Origin: an uncultured Nitrososphaeraceae archaeon
GTDB lineage: Archaea; Thermoproteota; Nitrososphaeria; Nitrososphaerales; Nitrososphaeraceae
Assembly (NCBI GenBank): GCA_963825865.1
Contig: CAWGVG010000062.1
Coordinates: 128,001 to 192,000, forward strand
DNA: 64,000 nt
Direction of reading: 5' to 3'
The translations under genes were made by a program, and so were the position numbers. How positions within the stretch are numbered: position 1 is the stretch's first letter; every line of letters starts with the position of its first letter. The notes below the pieces were generated by a model, which ran no database searches, had not been told where the DNA came from, and saw nothing but the letters and a program-made list of their open reading frames with translations. Positions 47,721 through 57,763 of the stretch are shown here, in pieces.

Positions 47721-48521
47721 CTAATCATAGTTAATTATAGTAGTTAATGCAAATAATAGCGACAAGTGTTCACTCAGACCCAACAAACTAAAAATTGCCG
47801 TAAGCCGCAAGATCCAGTCTATTATATATTGGCATGACCTACTAATGAAGCAATGTCCCAAATTGAAATGAATAAGGCAGTTATTCAACGCTATTTTGAC
47901 GTATACAATAGATCTCTTGTGTAATAAAAATTTCTCAAGTATGCCATAATGCTTTAACTGATTATAAATAAGGTGTATGGCTTCAGGGTTTGATATTACC
48001 TTATTTAAAGTCTCTAAATCCTTTGTTATTTTGTAAATCGAATAATATCCTTCTCTCTTAGACTTTTTATATCCTTCACCTTTTCTTAGCTTCGGAAGCG
48101 CCTGTGGTGCTAGTTGTTTAATTTTGTCTTTTCCTCTTATGTTGTCAACCTTTGCTAAATTTTGAAGTACCTCTGTCATCTCCCATGATTTTAAATAAGT
48201 CGAAGTCTCTCTTGCTAAATTCAAGGTTGCATTGGTAACTTCATTAATATCATACGGAAGCTCTTTTCCAAGTTTCTCGTTCTCGTCTTTAGGATAGAGC
48301 ACTTGGTCAGGCATCATTCTTGTTGCATTTAATACATAATGAGTAAGGGCAAAATTCTTTTTTGAGTCTGAGAATTTTAGAATTTCATCAGCATATTCTT
48401 TTGGATTATTATAAGTCATTACAAAGTGGTAAGTTTTTGCTACACAAATAGTAATAATCTCATTTACAATCTTCATTTCATCATTTGTTAGATGAGCGTG
48501 GTTTTTGGCGATTTTAGGCAT
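47721..48521 (-). CDS. Hypothetical protein (possible wHTH regulator, divergent from the replication operon)
   Basis: 266-aa ORF; C-terminus may be frameshifted. Confidence 0.5.
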   Translation of the reverse strand: MPKIAKNHAHLTNDEMKIVNEIITICVAKTYHFVMTYNNPKEYADEILKFSDSKKNFALTHYVLNATRMMPDQVLYPKDENEKLGKELPYDINEVTNATLNLARETSTYLKSWEMTEVLQNLAKVDNIRGKDKIKQLAPQALPKLRKGEGYKKSKREGYYSIYKITKDLETLNKVISNPEAIHLIYNQLKHYGILEKFLLHKRSIVYVKIALNNCLIHFNLGHCFISRSCQYIIDWILRLTAIFSLLGLSEHLSLLFALTTIINYD

Positions 48522-48742
48522 AAAACAGCTAAAAACATTGACGTGTTATTAATGTGCTCCCTGTGTTTATATGAATAAAAGACACATGTTTCAATTAGAG
48601 ACAATATATATACACGACTACAAAATCATGGCAAATTTTGTGAATCGTTTAGCGACCTTCTTTCTAGAATCTTGGACTTTTATGAAATTAGTCGTGGGCA
48701 CAAATATCCAACAAAGGATAATAATGGAGGTCTATCCAAAAG

Positions 48743-48961
48743 TTGACTACCATTATTTCTGATTTTCTTAGCAGAGATTGCAAAATGAATAATCATGAGG
48801 ATTGCCATGGCCAATGGTCTGGACTAGGATTTAAAATTATTTGTAATTGCAACAAATGTGACCATAATAAAAAACAAGGGGCGTTAGCAGGTTTGCGACC
48901 AGAAACTAACGCCTTCCAAAGAATCCTATCAAATTCCAAGGAGACAATCCCAAGAATATGA
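48743..48961 (+). CDS. Small Cys/His-rich protein
   Basis: DC...H.DC.G.W.GLG..IIC.C..C.H. Confidence 0.5.
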   Translation: MTTIISDFLSRDCKMNNHEDCHGQWSGLGFKIICNCNKCDHNKKQGALAGLRPETNAFQRILSNSKETIPRI

Positions 48962-49167
48962 CTACCAATACATACTCTGAAGGTAAAGATAAGCCTTTTG
49001 ATGTTATCTACAACTCGGGGCTAGAGCGATATTTTCCAGTCAATGTGTACAATGTACAATGTTGCCAGAATTGTGGCTATGAATTTTGCATTTGCAAATA
49101 CATTGTAGGATTGGACCCTGAGACCGGATATTGGATTGTTTACGACCAAGGTGAAATATTGATTTGA
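48958..49167 (+). CDS. Small Cys-rich protein
   Basis: CCQNCG..FCIC; ATGA overlap with the upstream ORF. Confidence 0.5.
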   Translation: MTTNTYSEGKDKPFDVIYNSGLERYFPVNVYNVQCCQNCGYEFCICKYIVGLDPETGYWIVYDQGEILI

Positions 49168-50167
49168 CAGAAGATACGCCCACTTCCATACCAGTCAATG
49201 ACAAGTTAAAGGACCTTGGAGTTACCAAATTTGCAAGCAATTCAACGTAATAGATATTGCCTTCAAGGAAGGGCAGACGGTGGTTTTCGACATAGACCCA
49301 AAAAATATAACTAAGACAAGGGACAATTTTGAAAAGGAAGCTCGAAGGTATGCTGACCTTTCCAAGGATACAATTGGCAAGGTATCGCTAATTTTGATGG
49401 ATTCAACCAACAACTATCTGCAGTATCTACTTTACAACAAGCCAGATGGACTCAATGGTAAAGGACACGGAGAATTCTCTCAAATTAGCACACTGTCGCG
49501 CAATCCTGGTGCATTGTTAACTATGAAATTGGCCAAAAAATACTGCCAGGATTTCTTTCCGGATAACTTAGGCCAACCTTATGTTGCAGTCAAAATAGAC
49601 AGTCATTTGGAAGTGCTCCCAATAAAAAGTTCTAGGTTCAAGAATTGGCTCTGCAAGATGTTCTACGACTATACTTCCGATTATAGAAATAAAGAAGTTC
49701 GCAACGAAGGCCAATCTACTAATAAAATACATTTTGTAGAAGAAGTCTCCAATAGTGGTCCAGGTAACAATGATCGCAACGGCAACAGTAATGATGACTT
49801 GAGTCCAAAGGCACTTGAGAATTATCGAAAGAACAAGGAACTTAGGGTAAAGAAGAGTATTTACTTGAATTCAGACTACTTTTTAGACAAGAAATTACTC
49901 CAATTCTACCCTGAGAAGATAGATTCTGAAAATGAACAGGAACTTACTGACAATAAGACAGGACAATTAATACTGACTGTAGCACCTCAATACACCGTAA
50001 CAGAACCTAAAGGTGAACAACCTGATAAGGAAAAATTCTGGCGTGTAACGAGTGCAAAGGCATCTAAACTAATAGATATGTTCCTTTTTGAAGAAAGAAA
50101 GACGTTGCTTTGGGTTCAAAAGACTGGTTCAGGTTATGGCACCATATACAATATATGGCCTGCATAA
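49164..50167 (+). CDS. Replication-associated hypothetical protein, probably chimeric
   Basis: The N-part (FFPDNLGQPYVAVKID.HLEVLPIKSSRFKNWL) resembles N-termini of mobile-element primase/helicase-associated ATPases. An Asn/Gly linker precedes an unrelated beta-rich C-part. Confidence 0.5.
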
Positions 50168-50265
50168 CCCAATCCAACCCATCTTTTTTTGTCTTATCTA
50201 TAAGCAATAAACTGTGCAGGTGATAAGATATTAAATTTACCTATCATAATAGCGGTTCCAATGAC

Positions 50266-51372
50266 TTGAATGTTATTGATATTGAAAAGCAGGTTAGCGA
50301 AGGTCTAGACTTTATACTAAGCCATTTAAAGAATCCTAAGCGATGGCCCAGGACCATATCAACCAAAGAATCTGAAGGAAGGCAAATTACAGTATATAGT
50401 AAACAAGAAGCATTTTCATATTATAAGGATTCAAACTATCTAGACTGTAGAATTAGTGCATATAATACTAAGGCATCATAGAGCAAACAATTGACCTGCT
50501 TATGATTGACTTGGATTTATCTAATTTCAAACAATAATAACATTAAGGCATTGGACTTGGCCAAGGCAAAGACTTTGGCAAAGATACAAGACACATTTGA
50601 TTTATCAAAAGTTTGAACCTGCAACTATAATTTGGTCAGGTAATGGATATCATTTGTACATACCTGCAGAATCTCAAAATGCTATTTTAGAACAAATGTC
50701 TGAATTTAGCAAATACAAAGAACCTTCCAAATTATTTTTAAGATTTGCAGAATGGTATCTGTCCAATGGTAAGGCAGATTCAGAACATTATCATACTGTG
50801 TCATTTAAGAATTGTCTATTGAGAATACCTGGTTCATATAATTCCAAGAATATGTCCAGGTTAAAATTGTACAGAAATGGAACGGTGCTTCAAAGGTACC
50901 GTTACACTTACTTTATGAGCAAGTTCTTGGCATATCTTATCGACCAAGGTTCAAAAGTAGTCAAACATGACAATAACGATAAAACAACCATATTTTGTCA
51001 GAAAATGTCAAGTCTGCATATATTGCACGAAAGAATTCTAGGTTACTAAGAAAGAACAATCTATTGACTGGATTGAACAGCTCTTACAAACACCATTGCC
51101 AGAACACAGAAAATACTGTATATGGAGAATTCTTGCGCCATATTTCATTAATGTAAAACATTTGTCATTTGAAGAATCATATGATATGATATACCAATGG
51201 TTAGACAAGATGCAATGAATTAAAGAATTAGATTTTGATCACGGATACAAAGATAAATGACAGTCTTAATAGTGCTATCAATACAGGTTATTTGCCAATT
51301 AGTTTTGATAATCCATTAAAAGGACCTAGGACTTTGAAGACAGATAACAGAGAATTATACGATACTTTATAG
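50266..51372 (+). CDS. Archaeo-eukaryotic primase catalytic domain fused to a PriX-like C-terminal domain (several frameshifts)
   Basis: LMIDLD (motif I), WSGNGYHLY (motif II), LLRIPGSYN, then WIEQLLQTPLPEHRKYCIWRILAPYFINVK.LSFEES. Confidence 0.75.
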
Positions 51373-51718
51373 GCTATGAATAATACTTGCAATATAGGAT
51401 CAAACCATTTCTCCGTTTCTATGTTATTTATCCATTAGGCGTTTATCAGCCCAGTTTCAAAGTGATTTTATTTTACGAAAGATTTTGTAAGTAAATATGG
51501 ATCTTGACAATTTGTTGGCTTCATGAATCTGTGTACTAAAACTGAAAATGTGTGATGAATAATTCTTCTTACTGCTACTTTCGCCAAAATAGTTGGCTAA
51601 GTTAATATTAATTTGTAAAATCATAAATTCTCGCACTACAAACCATCAACAAAATAGATTAGAAATCATTACTACTAGTTACAAGTATTTAAAAAGATAA
51701 TGTTTGTAAAATATTTCA

Positions 51719-52714
51719 TTGACAAATCTAAAGATTACAACACTTGAACGGCGAATGGATGAATAATTGGTTCAAAAAAGATGGAGGTACTTCAACATTC
51801 AAACCCAGCTTTCAACAGCTTGGCAGTACAGAGACAATGAATACTGACAAAACGGCAACCAAACTCTCAAAGCTAATTAAGGGAATTGATGCAGACATAT
51901 ATGGCATTCAAGAAGGTCCGAGCGAAAAGAACGAGATGCTCCTCTTCATCAGTTACCTATTTGAATGACAAATACTCGTGCGAAATAGGACTTGATGGTA
52001 GCGCTCAAAAGATATATGTCTTATATAAGAAATCATTTTTTGATAATGTTACATCCTTGACTCATGTGTATCCAAAATGGCAATTCGATAACAACGGGGA
52101 TTATTTGCTGGAAGATGGCAAGTTTAGTGGTACACCAGTCGAAGTAAAAATTGTTAAAGATGGACATGTCATTAGAATTGTTGTTACTCATTTTAAGTCA
52201 TTATTTATTAATCAAGGTAAAGAGATGTGGACAGATCCTGATCCTGCAAAGAAAACAGAATTCATAAAATTACTCACTGATAAATAGAAGGAGAATAACT
52301 ATGGAAGCCGTAGAGCTAAGACGCAACATTGATGAAACATTAGAAACCTATCCTAATTCCATTATTATGGGTGATGTTAACGATGGACCAGGAAGGGAGT
52401 TTTTTGAGAATTATATGCTAGGTATGGATATAACTTTGGAGCTATTGGGTAGTACATATTATCCTGATAAGATATTCAGCTATTTGCTAGACCTCAACAA
52501 TGACTTTAGCGCAGTCTTTGATGACTATGTGGACAATGTACCTAACAGAAAGATTCTACTCGACAGGATATTGGTATCTCCCTCACTTCAGCCATCAATG
52601 ACCAGTTGTAAAGTTGAATATGACAAATACGAGGCTCTGGTTGATAATCCAGATCGAAGAGATGGGAGACCTACAGATCATAGACCTGTCACTTTGAACT
52701 TAAGTTTACACTAG
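51719..52714 (+). CDS. Endonuclease/exonuclease/phosphatase (EEP) family protein (frameshifted)
   Basis: ITT.N.EW, GIQE, THFKS, IMGDVND, LDRILVS and TDHRPV catalytic motifs. Confidence 0.85.
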
Positions 52715-52995
52715 GACAGCAGGACCTTCTACAGGTTGAGATATAGCATACACCTTATACAGCAAAAAAGTGATTGTTAGATAGAGATCCTAATCCAAAT
52801 ATCATTTATATTGCATAATGCAATTTATAGTATGTTTAATCCACTATTAACAGGTTTTTTAAAGAAAATTCTATCTATCTATAGATATATAAAAATAAAT
52901 TTTATAAAATAGCAGTTAGTTAGTTAGTCAACCGATGCTAACAGTTGGCCAACTATTAACCAACCAACCAACCAACCAATCTATCTATATATTAA

Positions 52996-53392
52996 TCAAA
53001 AATAAGTTTTGATGTTCGGCATCTCTCGCTCTACAAATATTCGGACTTCGCCCCTGTTAAAAGTTGACCTATTATCGTTACTGCTCTCATGTCCTTTCCC
53101 ACGTTCCCTAAGATAGACTTTCATTAGTTTTTCTTCAAAAATTTTCTTGTATTGAACAGCTTCATGAAAATTTTCGAATACTGCTAACCCTTTGAAATTA
53201 TTTGTTTCGTTGTATAAAGCGACCGGCATTCCGGGTGACAGATATAGTCACCCAGAAATTGTGTTTGCTTCTTCTCTTAATCACGAAGAAGCCTTTCTTA
53301 TTATTATTATTTTGCTCTTTTTGTTCTGGTTGTTGTTCTTTTGGTTGTTTTGATTGTTGCTTTTCTTCTTCTTCTTGTTTTATAGATTGCAA
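52996..53392 (-). CDS. Hypothetical protein (probably one frameshifted gene)
   Basis: Two overlapping ORFs, 53198..53392 and 52996..53229. Confidence 0.45.
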
Positions 53393-53531
53393 CTACTACA
53401 AGCATGATATCAATCTATGATGCTAATATCCTTTTTTATTTTGTATACTAGATTACTTTTAGTTAGCAGGTTTTAATTGGTTTTTTTCTATTAGCTCCGA
53501 TGGGACTGATAGGACATTTTTATCGCAGTGA

Positions 53532-53586
53532 AATTGCAACGTAATTGCATCGAGATTGCAACGTAATTGCATCGAGATTGCATCGT
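53532..53586. repeat. Five tandem 11-bp units (22-bp superperiod), iteron-like
   Basis: AATTGCAACGT AATTGCATCGA GATTGCAACGT AATTGCATCGA GATTGCATCGT. Confidence 0.9.
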
Positions 53587-54134
53587 GTTTGTACCTACTG
53601 ACTTCATTACTCTCTACTTACTTTCTATAATATAATGAAAAAGACTTTTATCCCAAAAGGGTAGAAATGAAAAAAACATACTGACAGTTGAAACCACAAT
53701 ACTAACTATGGTTATACATTTTATTTATTGTCATTTGGTTATAGCGAATTATACTATCGATTGGTAAATGAATAACTTTACCTCGTTTGATACTATCAAT
53801 AGTTACATTGAGAACCAGAAGGTATTTTCGGTGGTATTCCTGACCCACAGAGAAAGTACTGATTTATATAATTAGCAAACATGTCTTAATACATTACAGA
53901 TTATAATTCTTTATTTCTCTGTAATTATATAATTAGCGACTAGACATTAATACATTATAGATTTCAATCGTTTTACCAATACCTTTAGTAAACGCATCGC
54001 AGAGTTAGAAGATAATCAGGCCATATTAAGGCGGGAGATAGAATCAAGGGGAACTATAAAGAAGTTCAGTCCTATTGCAGTTCAGCCTGTCGCCCGAGAC
54101 TTAGGTGGGCTGACAAGATTCATAAAAAATTTAT

Positions 54135-55170
54135 ATGCATTACCTATCATATTGTCCTGAATTGATAAGTTGGCTAAGAACTAGTAAAAACTGTCCGTTC
54201 TTTTCTAATTTACCTACTTTATCAATGATTGGTTTGGCACTATTGACGCTGTTCTTATTTGGTTTTCAATATATCTCGACCAAAGTATACTCGCAACTTC
54301 CGTTTGTTTCTTCTTCTCCTTCCGATTCCAATAATGCAACAATTGCACCAGCAAATAATCAGTCTTCGACTACTACTACTTCTGCTACTACTGCTTCTTC
54401 TTCTCCACAGCAACAACAGTTGTTAACATATACTAATCCAGAAGGTAGATTTTCTATTGATTATCCTTCTAATTCAGTTGCAAAGCCGGTCGCTGACATT
54501 AGACTTGACATGCTCGTACATACCAATACGAATGCAACTGACGCTGTCTTATCCATTTCAATAGAAAATACAACCAAATATTTAGATACTAACACATTGC
54601 AGGTAAAAACTCACTCACTCCGCGATTACGTAAATGACAAAATAAATAAGATAAATTCATTATCATCTGGATTTCGCGGTACCGAGGCTTTGAAATATTT
54701 AAAAGATAATCCTACAACAGTGGCTGGAAATCCTGCGTGGACAATATCATATACGAATGACCCTTTCTTATATTATACTACTACTTATATGATAAAAGAC
54801 AATAAACTTTATACCTTTGAGTATCAAAGCGGTCAACTAAAAGTTCCTGAAACATTACCTGTAGTACAAAAAAATGATTGATTCATTTAGGTTATTAGCA
54901 GGCGCAACAAAGCCAATTATATTAAAAAGTCCAGAAGTACAAAAATTGAATGGTAATCACTGGGGTATAGAAAATGCGACTAGAGATTTCCAAAATAGCA
55001 CAAAGGCTGGTGCATATGATTGCAATTTATCAAGAGATGGAGAATTGTTTTGTGACCAATACATGCATGCTTACGATATCACATGGAACGGTCTAAAAGA
55101 TAAGGCGCGTAATGAGCATATTAAGGACTTGTATAGAAATGATAAAGATTTTCAGGAAATGATAAAATGA
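54135..55170 (+). CDS. PsbP-like secreted protein with C-terminal extension (frameshift near 54872)
   Basis: LTYTNPEGRFSIDYPS, TTVAGNPA and LPVVQK/MIDSF. Confidence 0.75.
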
Positions 55171-55754
55171 CAATAACAAGTAGCAGTAGCTGCGATATAA
55201 TCAATAATTGATACAGTTAATATTAATTCCATAAAGCTAAAAAACTGAACTGTGTAATATTTACGAGGGAAAAAATTAACTAGCCTCGGATTCGACTAGT
55301 AACAATTACGATGGCGATAGCGAACTAGCTAAAAGTAGACAAACAATATTCTAGACTTTGAATTTCTATCAGGATTAATATACACTAAGTATCAAATATC
55401 TAGTGAATAGTCTTGTTATAGACACCATAAAAAATGTCAGAAAATATACTAGCGTAAGAACGGGTGACTATATCTTTATAATTATATAATTTCTGACTTA
55501 TTAGTAGTAGAGTTAGATTATCTAATAAATAATTGTGATTCTAATGTTTTTATCCTGGTCTTTAACTGCTCACATTGGTCCATATAATAATCTCTTTCGT
55601 CTTCTAGCATCTGTATTTTTTCTTGAAGTCTATGATATATGGGTGAATCAGGTATGTCTTCCTCTACATCAACAGGAAGAAGAACAACAGCAACAGAAGC
55701 AACAAAAACAACAAAAGCGATGGAATTATAATTATAAATCCAGAAATTAATAAA

Positions 55755-56798
55755 TCAAACTCTAGGTAACAGGTGCGAAGGAATGTCAGATTTATTTATA
55801 CGGTGTTCTATCATGCCATCAGGTTTAGATTTTCTCAAGCCTTTTTTGCATTCTTCCTTTTGCTTTACGTATAAATCATTATCATATCGTGTGTGTTTAT
55901 AATAGATATAGAAGAAGGCGCATTTTTCTTCCTGCTGATATTGCTCTGGCTCTTTATCATATTCTCTGGACATCTTCTCATATATTGCATATAGTTCTGA
56001 GTCTTCGCTAACAATCTGGCAATAGATTGTTTGTAATAAGTCGAACCTCATGAAATGTTCAAAGTATTGCTCATCAAAATCCTTCATTTCATCAATTTTC
56101 TTTTTTATTTGGTTACGAGTTAAGTAAATTTTGGTTTTTCCATCTGGAGCAACCCCATAATACTTTTTTCTGGCTTCATTAACAGTATTCTCTTCCGCAT
56201 CTTTTGCTATCTGATTCCATTCTACCATACTTCTAGCATATCGGTTATCAGTTGCAGATTCTTGATACTTCGCCATGAATTGAACATCTGGTATAAATTG
56301 TGCAAATTTCTTTTCAGTCTCAGGATACCTGTCTATTATTTTGGGTATCATCTTTCCCATAATCATATGCTGTTTAGCAAGGTTATCCATAGAAGCTATG
56401 AGCTTTTTTTCTGCTCCTGTTTTTGGTGATGATGGTCGTGGTCGTGGTGGCGGATTTATAGACGGATTAATAATAATAGGAAGTCTGTCAGAGATATCGT
56501 TTCGTTGAAAAAATACATCGCGTATTACTCTGGCATCATAAACAAGCGTACTTACGAATTTGAACGGGTGGATATTTCTTTTAATATCTAACTGCTTTTC
56601 GAAAGGTGAATTATTTAGAAAATCATATTCAGTAATTGTTTTTTTAGCAGGTAATTGGGTTCTATCATCTAATTCGGCTCTACCTTTTTTCTTTTCTTTT
56701 ACTACCTTTATTCTTCCAAGTCGACTACCGCATATACTGCATGTAAAACCAAGGTCTTGCTTTTCTTCTTTTTTACTTCTTAACCGTGCAAGCAACAT
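55755..56798 (-). CDS. Hypothetical protein with N-terminal Zn-ribbon half-site
   Basis: 347-aa ORF with CSICGS near the N-terminus; divergent from the MCM operon. Confidence 0.6.
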   Translation of the reverse strand: MLLARLRSKKEEKQDLGFTCSICGSRLGRIKVVKEKKKGRAELDDRTQLPAKKTITEYDFLNNSPFEKQLDIKRNIHPFKFVSTLVYDARVIRDVFFQRNDISDRLPIIINPSINPPPRPRPSSPKTGAEKKLIASMDNLAKQHMIMGKMIPKIIDRYPETEKKFAQFIPDVQFMAKYQESATDNRYARSMVEWNQIAKDAEENTVNEARKKYYGVAPDGKTKIYLTRNQIKKKIDEMKDFDEQYFEHFMRFDLLQTIYCQIVSEDSELYAIYEKMSREYDKEPEQYQQEEKCAFFYIYYKHTRYDNDLYVKQKEECKKGLRKSKPDGMIEHRINKSDIPSHLLPRV

Positions 56799-56865
56799 TT
56801 TTCTGGTACGAAAATTAGTTGTTTTATACTTAATTTCAACCTTACTTACGTGTAAAGAAATTCAA

Positions 56866-57108
56866 ATGTTAAATGTAAATGAACAAAAATTGACAGAGAA
56901 TGTTACCTCATCTCCATTTAAACAGGTAACTATTCAAAAAACTGGTCTGGAATTATTTTGCAAGAACTGCAGGCACAAGTGGCTGTACTCCGGCACAAGC
57001 GAGTTTTATGCTCCCTGTCCAAAATGCCATAGCAGTATCACTTTGAAACCAAAGATTCGACCACATAAATATAATAAAAATAAAGCAATCGCGGAGGTCA
57101 AAAACTAA
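56866..57108 (+). CDS. Small Zn-ribbon protein
   Basis: CKNCRHKW...CPKC. The likely start is MLNVNEQ near 56866. Confidence 0.65.
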   Translation: MLNVNEQKLTENVTSSPFKQVTIQKTGLELFCKNCRHKWLYSGTSEFYAPCPKCHSSITLKPKIRPHKYNKNKAIAEVKN

Positions 57109-57763
57109 TTGTCTCTAGCGACCGAAACCAACGGCAGCAAGAGACAACCAGAACTTTGGACCATCCGCAAAGAGAAAAAGCACTAACAGAGGCTATTAAT
57201 TTTTCCAAAGTGCTAAGTAAATCCTTACCAGAACTATGCCCTGATTGCAAGTCAGTATTGAAGAGAAATTTAGCGAGTTTAAGTGAGGAGTGAATAATAA
57301 CAAATTGAATTCAGTAATAATAACAAGTGAAAAGTGGGCAGGGACCCAAACCCGCCCACCACCGTACGTCGTAAAGACCCAAGAATCACACAATGCAAAC
57401 ACGCACCCAGCCGACCAGCGAGGAGCAGTTCTAGCAGTATGATTAACTATAATTCTGACGGTGCTAATTATAAACATTCTTCTGACCATGGACAAAAAGT
57501 AATAGAACATGGAGCAGCGGTTCTGGAGATGTTAATAACGACCAAATCAAGCGTTGTTATATTTGTCTAGACAACGGTTTTCCACACGAAGCCATAACAT
57601 TCCACAAAGTTAACGGTCGAGTGCTATCAAGCGGTGGTGGTGGTGGTGGTGGTAACGAAGTCAGAGGTTGGGAAATAAGGGATTACTTTACGGGCAGAAA
57701 GCACGAGCATAGAAGAAGTCATTCACCGCAAAAAAGAGAGGGTCAGGGGTCAACCTAGGAAAA

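Noticed and set aside
53532-53586. Short repeat array as a CRISPR
   Set aside because: The units are 11 bp and contiguous with no spacers, and there are no cas genes.
55535-55750. Poly-Gln ORF and other CAA/AAT/GTT triplet runs
   Set aside because: Such low-complexity runs occur throughout the window and give no evidence of a specific element.
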